Source: Lama glama (taxonomy: Eukaryota). From it: a DNA stretch of 64,000 bases. A program made the position numbers and the translations under genes. This document shows positions 48,746 to 61,460 of the stretch, piece by piece (position 1 is the first letter of the stretch; the number at the start of each line of letters is the position of its first letter). The notes under the pieces were generated by a model. The model made no database searches. It saw nothing but the letters and a program-made list of their open reading frames with translations, and was not told where the DNA came from. Location of the stretch: NCBI GenBank assembly GCA_028534125.1, contig CM052838.1:52204001-52268000 (forward strand). Direction: 5' to 3'.

Positions 48746-51349
48746 TATGTTATTGAGGAGAGGCCCTGCTGTTAGGCATGCTGATAGCTTTCAGGCAACT
48801 TCTGTGTCTATACTAGTGTGTTCAGAGGGTTTACAGGTAGAAGAGAACAAAACTAGGGCTGGATTTGGTGGGCATACAGATGCCCACAGTATGTTCCCTA
48901 AAAAGGACAATTTGTGACCGTGCTCAAGATGGCATGTTCTGTGCTCCATGCCCTGCCTGAGGACCTTGGAGCATCCTCAGGTCCCATCACAGACTCCTTT
49001 TCCTCTTCTTAAATGAATGCTGCAGACCTGACCCTTGGGTCCTGACTATCTCTCTTCCTTTTTGGCCACGGCCTTGTCATCTACCCAAGGACAAATCCCA
49101 GCTCCCTCTCTCACTGGCCAAGTGTAATGAAAGTGTCACCCAAATCAAACTGGGCCATGTTGTGCTATACTGAGCCCTGGTGAGGCCCATTCACAAAAGA
49201 AGAGCTATTTCCAATTCATAGACCTCGAGGAGTAAATCTGTGCAGAAGGGCTTTCGTAAAGGCGCAACGAGGGGATAAATGAAGACACCACTACTCATGT
49301 TAAATCTTCATACATATGCTCTTTACTCCTGTACTATACGCCATCCTTGCTCCACTGGCCCCTCCCTAACGCAAGCCAGTTCTCTCTTACCACTGTCCAC
49401 CCCTCAGTTCTTTGACGTGGAGCAATTTTACTCCCCCGGAGCTTCTCCTGTCTACACATCTACCTATTACCTAAAGAAAAGGCATCAACAAAGGTCTTCC
49501 TGGTGGTTGGCTGGGGGGACTGAGGTTTTGAGGTTTGGGAATGTTGGGAGAAGGTCATTTGACTTGACTGGTCAGGGACAACTCTCAGTCACCTCCACTC
49601 CCCCACCTGCCTCCCTGTGGTGGAGGGACTTGGTGGCAATGTGCATTCATTGTCTGCTCTAAGGATCAGAACACAGGTGATGAGCTGAGAGCCTGACATG
49701 GCTGGGGCTTGACATGCAGTCCCAAGATGATAGCCTGCACCCTCCAACTTTTCCACCCCCTGTTCTGGGCTCTGCCAGTCTGCAGACCAGTTATAGCAAG
49801 GGTTCTGAGGATCAGGGGACAGGTGTGCTTGGCGCTCAAAATAAGATGCAGGTGCTGTTCCTCCTTGTCAATCAGCACAAATCCCCACACTAATCGCACT
49901 TGACATTGGGCGATACTTTCCAATTGGATGTAGCTTAGAATTCTCAAAGCATTTTTATAGACATAATTCCTTTGATCATCCAACAGCTCTGGGAGGTAGT
50001 CACATCTTTCATTCAGCAAATACTTGCTGAGAGCTCTGTTTAGGGTGACTGAGGGGGTTCCCGGGACATGGGGCTTTTACTTTTATAGCCAAGACGGTCT
50101 CAGGCAAACTGGGATGAGTGGATCACCCTTCTGCCACTCTGTGCCTTGGCTGTTCCCCCACCCCCCCCAGCCTGAGATGAGTAGGATAGAAGCAGTCTTA
50201 GAATACACGGCACCTATACGTTGGTAATTCTCATGCATTTGATTCTCTGCTGCATATTGACCGAGCTGTTGCAATCTGCAGTTCAGAAAAGGTTAAATTC
50301 TCATTTCCATTCTTTAGACTTCTGATTCATTCCTTAGGCCCAGGGCTAGTCTTTGCAAAAGAAGAGAGAACAGTGAATTAGGAATCGTCTGGCTTTTAAA
50401 GAGCTGAGAGTCTAGAGCTGGAGGAGGTGGAGGGACATTAGGAAAACAGTGACCTGCTGGGGTCATGGGGTCAAGCTTTGAGTTACCCTACTCCACTCTT
50501 GCTTTTGTTTTCTCTTCTGATTCCGCTGCTGCCTCCAGCCCATCTCCCTGTGCATCCTTCACTTTCTTCGCCATTTCTTCCTCTCAGCCTGACCTAACCA
50601 TCTTCCATGTCTGCAATTGTTACCTCTATACGGAGGCCACCTGTTGAAATTGTGATTAAAATAACTTGATTGATTGATTATGTACATTCAGCGAGAAACA
50701 CTCTGATCTCACATGGACCTCCCAGGAGAATTCCTCCTGGAAGGGATAATATATCGACCAAGAGATAAGCTTCTCTGTCCAGTTGTCAAGGATGTCATTT
50801 AGTTGCTTTTCTGGGACAGATGAGCTTAGGGTGAGTTTGGGCGGCAGCAGCCAGATTCCACCCTGTCATGGGGCTCCCTCTACGAGTCAGCCACTTTTCC
50901 TATACATTTCAGAACAACCAGGAACCTTGTTAATTGAATAGTGTCCCATTATGTGACCAGATCATGCATTTCCAGGAAGGACAAAGTAATCCAATTTGGG
51001 TTGAAATGTCAGCCCAAGCTGCAGATACTCTTTTGGTACGAGCTGTAGCATTTTCTTTGGCTATTGTCAGCAGTGTGGTTGCTTAACTTTAAGGACTATC
51101 TAAGGCATTTGGCGTGAATCTTCATCTGCTTGAAGAGCATGACTCTCAGCTCATTGTTTTCCCGAGGAGTCATGCTTTCTGGTTTTCTCTGGCATAGCTG
51201 TTTGGGTGTTTTGGGGGTGGGGGTGGATCGATCTCTCCCTTAAGTGCATAAAAAGCCTCATAAAAAGAATAATCGTTGTCACCCTTCACTTAGGGTGTGA
51301 TGGTTGTCATCCTATTGAAAAAAAAAAAAACTATGTCCAGTTGGTTTGG

Positions 51350-52060
51350 CTCTTCATTCATTCATTTGTCCATAAACATTCGTGGAGGACTTATGTTCCA
51401 GGCATCCTTTGAGAAGCTGGGAACACAACAGAGAACAAGCCATTCTGAGGAAGTGACATCTGAGTTGAGATCCAAGTGCTATGACAGTGCCAGACATGCA
51501 AAGATCTGGGTGGAGATTGTTCCAGACAAAGGGAACAGTAAGCCCCAAAGCAGAGAAAGAGCTTGTTTTGTTTGAGGATCAAAGAGAGGGACAGTGTGCA
51601 GGGACAGAGTAAGCATGGGGGGGACATGGGATGTCAAGATGAGGTCCAGAGAGGTAGACGGGAGCTAGATGACATCAAACGTTGGGATTTTATTCGAAGG
51701 ACAATGACAAGGTGCTGGAAGGTTTTTAAATAGGCAAATGAAGGGCCTAATCTGATTTTGAAAGGATTACTCTGGTTGCTTTACTGGAGAGTGGATTATA
51801 GGGCAGCAAGAGTGGATCAATCAAGAGAAATACTGCACAATTCTAGGTGGGAAATGATGGTTTGGACCCGGGTAGTGGCCATGGAGCAGGAGAGAAGTTG
51901 ACAAACTCAAGATACATTTGGGAGGTAGCACTTGCTGATAGATTAGACACTGAGTGTGTGGATGGGAGAAGGGGCAAGAGAAAAATCAGGAATAAGTCTC
52001 AGGCTTTAGGCTTGAGCAAAACAGTGGATGGTGATGCCTTTAACAGAGATTCAGGGGACC
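51350..52060 (-). mobile_element. L2 LINE, antisense
   Basis: ttcattcattcatttgtccataaacatt..tgaggaagtgacatctgagttgagatc..ttttgaaaggattactctggttgct..cttgctgatagattaga. Confidence 0.85.
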
Positions 52061-52369
52061 ACAGAGAACCAGAGTGTGGGTCATGCCTCCAGGCACTCCT
52101 GCCATCATCATATGATGCTTTTCCCAGGCCAATGATACATGGTCCTTTTTGTTTCATATTCTATCAGCATGGGAATAAAATTCCAATAAACTACAAAAAC
52201 AGTGAATAGGGACTCAGAAGTGATTTCCTCCCTAGAAAGAAAGGAAGACCAAGAAAAAAAACATATTGAACACCTACTGCATAAAGAATAAACAGGCACT
52301 TGCCTAAGATGTCACTTTTGAAGCACCATTTCATGTTTATCATCACTGGCAATAAAAACAGTGATAATC

Positions 52370-52573
52370 AGTCTTTAGTGAGTATTTGCTAAGTGTCAAG
52401 CATGAGTCTAAGTGCTTTACATATATTATTTCATTTAGTTTTCTCATGCCTGGGAGGTAAAATAGAGTTTTACTCTACTTCTAGTTGGACAAACTGAGGT
52501 GTGGGGGGAAAATGATCACTCAGGGTCACACAGAAGGAAATGGCTGATTCTGGATTTAAACTCTGATCCTTTG
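52370..52573 (-). mobile_element. MIR SINE, interrupted by L1
   Basis: ctaagtgctttacatatattatttcatttag..aaactgagg..cagggtcacacag..ctggatttaaac; continues after 53252. Confidence 0.75.
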
Positions 52574-53251
52574 TATAGAGATTCCTTAAAAAACTAAAAG
52601 TAGACTTACCATATGATCCAGCAATCCCATTCCTGGGCATGTATCTGGAGGGAATTCTAATTCAAAAAGATACATGTACCCTAATGTTCATAGAANNNNN
52701 NNNNNNNNNNNNNNNNNNNNNNNNNNNNNNNNNNNNNNNNNNNNNNNNNNNNNNNNNNNNNNNNNNNNNNNNNNNNNNNNNNNNNNNNNNNNNNNNNNNN
52801 NNNNNNNNNNNNNNNNNNNNNNNNNNNNNNNNNNNNNNNNNNNNNNNNNNNNNNNNNNNNNNNNNAAAGCAAGCCAGAAAGGGAAAGAAAAATACCATAT
52901 GATACCACTTATATGTGGAATCTTAAAAAAAAGAAAAGACACAAATGAACTTATTTACAAAACAGACCCGCAGACATAGAAAACAAACTTACAGTTACCA
53001 GGGGAAAGAGGTTGGGAAGGGATAAATTGGGAGCTCAAGATTTGCAGATTCCAAATATAAAATAGATAAACAACAAATTTATATTGTATAGCACAGGGAA
53101 CTATATTCAAAATCGTGTAGGAAACTATAATGAAAAAGAATATGAAAATGAATATATGTATGTATATATATGACTGAACTATTATGCTGTACACCAGAAA
53201 TTGACACAATGCTGTAAACTGACTCTCCTTCAAATAAATAAATAAATAAAT
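52574..53251 (+). mobile_element. 5'-truncated lineage-specific L1 (camelid/artiodactyl-type) with (TAAA)n tail
   Basis: gattccttaaaaaactaaaagtagacttaccatatgatccagcaatcc..gggaagggataaattgggag..tgctgtacaccagaaattgacaca; degenerate target-site duplication aactctgatcctttg / aaccctggtcccttg. Confidence 0.9.
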
Positions 53252-53544
53252 AACCCTGGTCCCTTGACTCCTGGCCTGTGCTCCTAAGCATCCCATGCCT
53301 CAGTTTCCTTTGGACCACTGGCTAAGATTCCACTCCATCTTCAGGGCTGGGCCATGAGTTTTCTCATAGAACTCAACAGGCATCCCACCACAGGCAGCCG
53401 GGGGCATCTACACCACGTTGACAGTCCACAGTGGTGATTATGCACAGTCTTTCATGAGCAGAGCATATGGTGGGTGCTGTAGGGACAAGGAGAATTCCTT
53501 ATGGACAGAGGCTGCTGGGAAGGCTTTTTGTTGGAAATAGGGTA

Positions 53545-53720
53545 GTACCTCCCATCCCAGCAGAGAATTTGGAAATGTTTGGAGACATTTTTGTTTGACC
53601 CAGTGCCTGATATTTAGTGTGTGTGATTGTGGGGAGGGGGGCAGGAATGCTAAAGATCCCGGCATGTGTAGATGAACCATCCCACCCGAAATACCAAGAG
53701 CACCATCGAGACCTTGGGCC
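53545..53720. mobile_element. MER20/MER3-like hAT MITE
   Basis: atttggaaatgtttggagacatttttg..caggaatgctaaagatcc. Confidence 0.6.
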
Positions 53721-54549
53721 GCCGGGTGAGTCTCTGAACTCTAGACACTGAGTGGGAGGCATTTCTCTTCTTAAAAGAGGCCAGAAAACATGATGATTGT
53801 TGACTGTTCTCACCCCATAAATCTTGATTTAGAATTTGGATTGAAGATCCACCTTCACCGTCAGAGATCTTGTAAAACCTTGGACAAACCAAGGTCAGTT
53901 TGGGGTGTCTGGTGGGGCAGAGGTGGTTTTTCTCCTTTCCTCCACTACTTTTTTCCCATCCCAGTAGGATGAGTACTTAACCGGGAAGTTGCAGCTGGCA
54001 TCGCTGGTATTACAATCCACTTGAGATCTCTTGATGAAGAATATTTGATTATACAAGGAAACTAGAATCTGTTTGTTTTCTGTTCATTTAATTTGATGTT
54101 TTAATGCTGCTGCTAGTTATTTAAAATATTCTATTTCAATATACCCTTTATTTATTGTACTTGTACCCTAAGGCATGCTGGCAAAGAGTGACATGTTTCA
54201 AAGTCTGCCCTCGAATAATAAAGTTCCATTGGAAACCGGAAGCAGAAAAGTTTTATATTAGGAATGTTTTAGAATATGTTTTAAAAATCGGTCCAAATTG
54301 AATTCCAGAGATGAGCACACGGGGACTTTAAAAAAATTTAACTTTCAATTTTTGGGGGTTTTCTTTTCTAATATAAAAAACAAACTAGAAACAGAGTAAT
54401 GCTGTAGGTCAGATAAATGGAGACACTAGGGTTTAGTTCCAGTTGTTGGGAAGTAGAAAGTTAACAAAGAGTCTCTTTGAAGGCAGTGGTATGACTGGTT
54501 TTATCCCTCTTCTTCCTGTTTTTATTTCAAACCAATGGGGACTGTTTGT

Positions 54550-54695
54550 GTATTTGTTTGCCTCTTTCTATGCTGCCTTCCTGCTCTGAGCTGCAAGCTC
54601 TCTAAGCGAAGACCTTATCCATTCATCCTCTTCTACATCTCAAGCACCCAGGGAGAGTTTGGCACATAGTAGTTTCTCAGTAAACATTTGCTCAG
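54550..54695 (+). mobile_element. L2 3' end (tail resumes at about 55215)
   Basis: ctgcaagctc..ttggcacatagtagtttctcagtaaacatttg; tgaatgaa follows the MLT1D. Confidence 0.7.
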
Positions 54696-55213
54696 TGTGG
54701 TAGGCAAAGTAACCACACACCCCCAACCAATGTCCAAGTCCTAATGCCCAGAATCTGTGAATATATGTGATGTAGCAAAGGGGACTTAAATTTCCAGATG
54801 AAATTAAGTTTGCTAGTCAGCTAATCTTAAATCAGGGAGAATTATCCTGATTTATTGGGACAGGCCCAGTGTAATCACAAATGTCTTCAGATGTGAAAGA
54901 GGGAGACAGAGGAGAAGGTCCTCTCCTCTGATGCCACATGAGAAGGACTCAGTCCTCCTTTGCTGGCTTTGAAGACAGAAGAACAGGGTCTCAGGCCAAG
55001 GAGTGTGTGGGTCCCTAGAAGCTAGAAAAGGCAAGCAAATGGATATTCCCCTGAATTCTAGAAAAGAACTCAGCCCTGCTGATACCTTGATTTTAATCCC
55101 GTGAGACTTGTGTTGAACCTCTAACCTGCAGATCCATAAGATAATAAATTTATGTTGTTTTAAAGTGACTAAGTTTGTCGTAAACTGTTACAGCAGCAAT
55201 AAAAATATATACA
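54696..55213 (+). mobile_element. MaLR solo LTR (MLT1D-like), full length
   Basis: tgtggtaggca..cagaatctgtgaatat..tgctggctttgaaga..ctagaagctagaaaaggcaag..gttacagcagcaata..taca. Confidence 0.9.
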
Positions 55214-55494
55214 CCTAGTGAATGAACCCCAGCCCCAGTTTTTCACCTGTGTAATAAACATCTACCAAAAGACCTACCATTTATCTCCAAGTTCTATGGC
55301 AGGTACAGTTTTTATCAACACCCTCTTCCTGCCCCAGGGCCTTTGCTCATGCTATCTTCTCTGCCAGGAGGACTTCTTTTGTCTCCTTGCTTAGCTGTCT
55401 GTCAGACTAGAGAAAGTCTTTCAGTCCCTGAAACCTCTCCTTAGAAACATTTATATCAATTGTGATATTTTAAAATGCATGTAACTAAGTGTTT

Positions 55495-56380
55495 TTAAAT
55501 TTTTTTCCTGTAAAATTTAATACAGACACAAAAAAGACGTGAAAAGTGTACCTTCATGGGTTATTATAAGCAGAACAACACAGATACCATTCTCGGGTCA
55601 AGAAACAGAGTTTTGCCTGTCAACCCAAATGCTGTGCAGAACGTGCTTTCCTCCAAACGTCATCACTTTCCTGATGTTTCTGTTCATCTCGTCTTTGTTT
55701 ATTACCTTCCTCCTTCTTTGTGTTATTGCCTGAATGTGCATCCCTAGATCCTCTCCTTCAGTTTTGTGTCATTTTTGATATGTCTTTTAAGTTTTTGTAT
55801 ATCTGTAGGTTCCTCCCCCATCTCATTTCTCCCCCTTGCAATTTACTTGTGAATAAACTCAGTTTGTGTGCGTGTGTGTTGTTGTGCTGCAGAGTTTCCC
55901 ACAGTCTAGATTTTGCTGACTGCAGCCCATTGGTGTAATTGAACATGTTCATCTGTCCTCTGAATCGCCTATAAATTGAGAGTTGACTCTTAAGGCTTGA
56001 TTGGGTTCAGGTTCATTTTTTTTTCTTTTTTCTTTTCTTTTATAAGACTACTTCATAGGAAATGATGTCTTCTTCCCTTAAGAGTCATACAGTATCTGGT
56101 TGTCTCTGTCTGATGTTAGTGGTCTTTGACACTGAACATCTAAACTCATTAATTCATTGTAAGGGTTGCAAAATGGTGACATTCTAATTCATTGTTTTCT
56201 TTGTTTATTAACTAGAATATTTCTAAGAAGATAAACTTGCCCTCCACTCCTACTTAGCTACCCAGAGATACAGTTTGTATTGGAAAGGCAAGATAAATGC
56301 TTGACGTGTTCTTTTTATTTGCTGAGTTTCAAATGAATGATTTGGCTCCTAACATTCTTATAATTAACAGTTTAGCGTCT
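55495..56380 (-). mobile_element. Old L1 3' end (L1MC4/5-like), antisense
   Basis: agagtttcccacagtctagattttgctgactgca..aacatgttc..aggcttgattgggttcagg..gggttgcaaaatggtgacattctaattc. Confidence 0.75.
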
Positions 56381-57083
56381 TCCTCTCCTCTCACAAGTAT
56401 CCCCTATGATGTAATCGACATTTGTTAGGTATTTATTGAACGAATAGATGAATGAATGGAGTAACCTCTCTTTTTCCCTGTCTCTTCTATTTCACTGCCC
56501 CTTCAATTTATCTTAAATTCTGCTTTAGCTCCATGTAGCTAAACCATGGGTCAAACTGATTTGGATCAAAAACATGAAATTAGTGAGGAAATGCCCTCTG
56601 AGGCATCAAAAGGGACTGCTGTATGGTAGCTCTGAAACAAAAACACTGATTTAAAGTGTTTAATGTGGGTACCTTGTAAGAGACCAAAATGGGATTTTTA
56701 AACAACATCTCCTTGATTCTTTTGCTTGTCTTCTAAGTGATGACACCTTAGGGGGCTTCCTAATGAGATCCCTAAGAAGCTGTAGCATTATTATGGCCCA
56801 GAATGAACTAATAATAGAGTCTGCCTTTTCAATGGTTCAAAGTGATCCCATATTGAATATTCAAATTGCCCTTAAAAATACCCCTGTGAGGGGCCCAGCC
56901 TAGGAGGTCCACAGGGAGGAGCAAGGATTATCATTCTCTATTTAAAATAGGCCTGGGGCGGTAAAGAGATCCACCAGTATCTCCTGGAGGAGCAAGATAT
57001 TTGTCCATATACTGGATTAGCTTCTAAGTGCTGGTAGAATTTGGAGCAGGGATGGACCTTAGAGACCATCTGATGGCACCACC

Positions 57084-57558
57084 TGTATCAGTTCTGTACT
57101 GTCACATAAATGCTGTATGACAAACAGCCACAAAATTCACTGGTACCTGATAACAAGCATTTAGCACTCTCCTGTCTGGGGTCAGCAGCCCTGTTGATCT
57201 TGGCTGGACTCATTCACATATCTGGGGATTGGTGGCTGTTGGCTGGCCAAGGCTGACTTTGGCTTTGGGAGACCAGGGTGATTCAGCTTGACTCCCTGGT
57301 CTTTCCTCCCCCAGAAGGCTAGGTTAGAGGGTAAGCAGAAATGCCAAGAACTCCCTTAGAACTGACACCTTCACTTCTGCTGCATTCTACCGGCTGCTCA
57401 AGTCACAGGACCAGCCCAGATTCCAGGAGTAGGAAAGTGGACTCTGTCTCTTAGGTGAGAGGCATTAGAGACTCACTCAACAAAGAACATGGACTTGTAG
57501 AACAGGGATTGTATGTGTGAAGAATTTGGGACCTCCATGCCATCAGTCGATCACCACA
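57084..57558 (-). mobile_element. MaLR LTR (MLT1H/I-like) nested in MIR
   Basis: tgtatcagtt..gatcttggctggactcattcac..cacttctgctgcattct..caagtcacaggaccagcccagattc..caccaca; MIR on both sides (57030-57083, 57559-57670). Confidence 0.75.
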
Positions 57559-57670
57559 CCGTCTCATTTCACAGAAGAGCAAACTGAGTTTCCCAAGAGA
57601 GCCAGACACTCATGCAAGGTCACTCAGCAGAATGGGGAAGAGCCCAGGATTCTTGCCTCCCATCTAACGG
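57559..57670 (-). mobile_element. MIR SINE
   Basis: ctcatttcacagaagagcaaactgag..caaggtcactcagc..agagcccagg. Confidence 0.7.
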
Positions 57671-58605
57671 CCTTTTCTTAGACCCTGCGGGCTCCTACAC
57701 AAGTGAAAGGATCTGATAGGGATTGGCATTCATTCAGGCATCCAGTGGGCAATTATCCACATGCCTCACAGGGGCATGCCAAGCAGCCAGAGCTCACCAA
57801 GGGCTGGAGTGTGCACTGGGGTCCACCTCCTGAGCTCTGAGCCTGGATCTTGCTCAGGTTCACTGGCATGTGATGTACGGAGCCAGATGAATGACCCAGC
57901 CCGTGCGGGCAAATCTGTGCTAGGCTCCTTGCTTCCCCCGTTCCAAATGGAAGATGCTGTTCTCTGGCAAGACTAGGACCCATGAAATTAGGGACAAGAA
58001 AAGACAAGAAGGCTCTTGTTCTGTTCCTCCTTTTTCTGATATTTCTCTTTTTGGTATTTGGTGCTCTCTCCCATCCCCTTTCCAAAACAACTCTTAGGAA
58101 AGGTCAAGAGAACATCAGTCATTTATACCTGAATGTGAATTTTAATCAAAGCATTAACTTCTCCCATTTATCCAAAGGTTTGCTTCTGGATAATAGACCT
58201 CCAGGCAGGTGGAGATATAGATTCCCCACCTGTCCTTCCTTGGGGTCCTAGAAGTCACACCCATGGGAGGTTGCCTGTTCCACTGGGGCAGGAGACTACC
58301 CCTGATGTGCAGTACAAAGTCCCTCATTTTCCTGCTTTGGATGGATAGGTCACCTCTGTGTGTCAGGAACGATACCCCTTCCCTTATCATGCAACAGGTG
58401 GTTTTAGCAAAAGTGGGTTTTTATACCAGAGTTTCCCCCTGACTCAAGGGGAAAATAACACCGTCATTTTGGGGGTCTGTTTAGTCTCAAAGGGAAACAA
58501 CTTACTAATTAGGGTAAGAGTCTTTACAAAAATATGTTTTCGATTCCACTGATGGTCAGTTACAAGCGATAACACTGTTAAACGTAGTGCCTAATAAATC
58601 TGGAA

Positions 58606-58881
58606 NNNNNNNNNNNNNNNNNNNNNNNNNNNNNNNNNNNNNNNNNNNNNNNNNNNNNNNNNNNNNNNNNNNNNNNNNNNNNNNNNNNNNNNNNNNNNNN
58701 NNNNNNNNNNNNNNNNNNNNNNNNNNNNNNNNNNNNNNNNNNNNNNNNNNNNNNNNNNNNNNNNNNNNNNNNNNNNNNNNNNNNNNNNNNNNNNNNNNNN
58801 NNNNNNNNNNNNNNNNNNNNNNNNNNNNNNNNNNNNNNNNNNNNNNNNNNNNNNNNNNNNNNNNNNNNNNNNNNNNNNNNN
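58606..58881. other. N run (276 nt). Other N runs: 90-265, 367-516, 582-754, 17734-17922, 18037-18536, 43645-43776, 52696-52865
   Basis: Seen directly. Confidence 0.99.
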
Positions 58882-60355
58882 AGGAAATGTCGTGCTTTTT
58901 ACCTAATCCTGATGGTTAATTTTCCTTCTATTTAATTTAGAAGGTTTCATTTGTTGCATGAGATAGGAAGATACAATTTATATTCAACAATTCTTCTTGC
59001 TCTGGAAAGAGGTCCAAAATGGCTAAATCGTTCTTTCCTTCTGCCGTGTCTATGGCTAGAAGAGGGAAAAACAGACAAGCAGCCCACTTGCTATTAATGG
59101 CAGCTGGTTAAAACCCACATTTTAAAATAACCAAGTGAAATGGGTACATGTGTTTATAATCAAGGTGCATTTGACTAATTTTCCCTAAATCTTTAAATAT
59201 TACTCATTCTCAAATGCCAAACAATTGGGCTCTTACTCAGTGGAGGACAGGAAGCCAATGCCGGGCTCTCTGCCCCTCACTTCCCTGAATGCTTATCTTC
59301 AAATGCTATATAAAAGGGGGCTACCGTGTTTCAATGACAGAACCCTCCAACTTGAGAGGATCTCTGTGGATAGATGCCTTTCTCGTTTTGAAGTCTTTTC
59401 CTAATATGTTCTCAATGTCTTCTGGAAGAAGGGTGTTTTCATTGCCTCTCTGGCTGGGGCTCCTTTCTTCTTCCATCTCACCCTCTGGGCCCCAAACTGA
59501 ATGCATTTGCATCAAAAAGAATCTTAACTAGAGTCAATTCCTGTAAATGCCTGAAACTTGAGGTGCCCCCAGCAAACACAAGGTCTGGCAAATACAGTCC
59601 ATAAAACTCTGCGTTAAAATAATTAAATGAAATGGTCACCAGGGAGGGCAAGAATGGCCTTACCTACCCAAGGGCATCCGCAGAACACAACACTATTTTC
59701 TTTAGCTTGCTAATCCACAGTGTCGGCCTCGGACCTCCCGTACCCCTTTGGTGGAGCCCCAAATCTCACATCTCACTGGCTAGCAGTCAGCCTTCATTCC
59801 ATAATCCAGAACTTTTTTTGTTCAGAAGCTGGTCTTTATCTCAAAAAGACTGAGTGAATTCAACTTACATTCAGAAGAGGAATTCTGCCCCAATGTGAGG
59901 GGGGCTTGACTTTCTGATCAGAAGGCTCAGGTCAGGCCAAAGGGGAATTGATTTCTCTAGCTGGGATCTGCGTGGTGTCAGGTAACTCAGCGGGGCTCTC
60001 CCCTTGGCTGGGTTGGGGTGGAGAGGAGGGGGGAGGGAGGGGAGTGAGAGGGAGTTTCTAGATGCTGCAGGAATCTCCTTGGAAGACCGTGACTGGTCCC
60101 CCCAGGATGGAACTGCGACAGAGTGCAGCTCCTCAGGAAGACCTCTCCCCTCTCCCAAACTGCTTAATAAAATAACCGGCGTTCTCTTAGGATCACACGG
60201 GCGTCCGCACTGTGCTGGACGTTGCCACACGTCTCCCCACTTCATCTGCATGGAGACTCTGTGGGGTGTGCGGTGTTAACCCCTCCACCTGACAGCCCAG
60301 TGGTTCCCCATGAGCGGCCCTGCCCTGTTTCAGAGCTATCAAGAGGAGAGCCCAT

Positions 60356-60793
60356 TGTGGTGGCCGTGAAAAGCCACCACTCAGCATGTCGTGGGGAGCA
60401 CTCTGAGTGATGGCCACTGCCATCTCGCTGGGTCTGCCACTGTACTGGTGCCGAGGCCACGCCTCCTGTGGGCTGCTCCCAGCCACTGGCCGGCCGAGTG
60501 CGGGTGCCCTCAGAGACCCACTTCCTAGAGACCCGAGACTCTTCCAGCAGGCACCTCTGCTTCAAGGAGTCCCCATCAGCCTGGCCACACCGTTCTCAGA
60601 CCTGTGCTGCTGTCTGAGACTCTTCCCACCCAGTCCTCCTTCCTTCCGTCTCGTCTCCATGGAGGTCAGACTGGCCCTGAAGTCTGGAGGCTCCCCCACA
60701 GCCCTGCTCCCCTCACAGGCATCACCCCAATAAAGCCCTCACACGTCTAGTCCTGTCTTGGGGTCTGTTCCTCAGCGGATCCAAAATGATACA
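60356..60793 (+). mobile_element. ERVL solo LTR (LTR16A-like)
   Basis: tgccgaggccacgcctcctgtgggctgctcccagcca..ctgagactcttcccaccca..cacaggcatcaccccaataaa..cacgtctagtcctgtcttgg..gataca. Confidence 0.75.
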
Positions 60794-61254
60794 CCAGTCA
60801 GTACAGCAACAGCCATCACCATGAGTAACAAAGGGCTCAGGGCGTAATCGTTCAGTTGTTCGGGTTCCTACCACAGCCTTGCCAGGCAGCCTGAGAGTCC
60901 GAGGAGGAAGACGTGATTCTTTTCAAGCTGGATTTCTCTGTAGCAAGATCACCCCCTGCTCCCTGACTCTGACATCTTTGGCCTCCTTGGGCACCCGTGG
61001 TCATTTGCCCTCCCCTCCCCTCCTCTACTCTGAATCAGCCTACTTCTGGCCGAATTCCTGCCTTCACTCTTTGTCCAGATGGGGCCCAACTGCCTTCCCC
61101 TTTGCTTATGTTACAGGGGCTCCTAGCAGGACCCCGGTTCTGAATTTCTCAAGCTCCACTATGTCGCTCTCTGGGTGGAACCTTTCCTCGGTCCTCCAAT
61201 GTCTGACTAGCATCTCCCCCACCTGTCTCAGAGCTGGGGACAGTTCTGAGCACT

Positions 61255-61460
61255 GACATGGACAGGGCTGGAAACCACACTGAGCAGGTTCAAATCCCAG
61301 CTCTATTGCGTAACTGGTGTAACGTTGGCAAGCTACTTAACCTCTCTGAGCTTCAGTTCCTTTATTTATAAAATAAGGATAATTATAGTATCTAATATGT
61401 AGGGTTCTTGTAAGAATTAAACAAGATATTTAACGCAAAGTACTTAGCTCATAGCCAGAT
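61255..61460 (+). mobile_element. MIR SINE
   Basis: ggttcaaatcccagctct..ttggcaagctacttaacctctctgagcttcagtt..taaaataaggataat. Confidence 0.85.

Noticed and set aside
57982-58251. 89-aa ATG ORF with a basic N-terminus and hydrophobic stretch (signal-anchor-like)
   Set aside because: The hydrophobic run follows from a T-rich tract; weak Kozak context; no promoter or homology evidence. Ribosome profiling or codon-level conservation would be needed.
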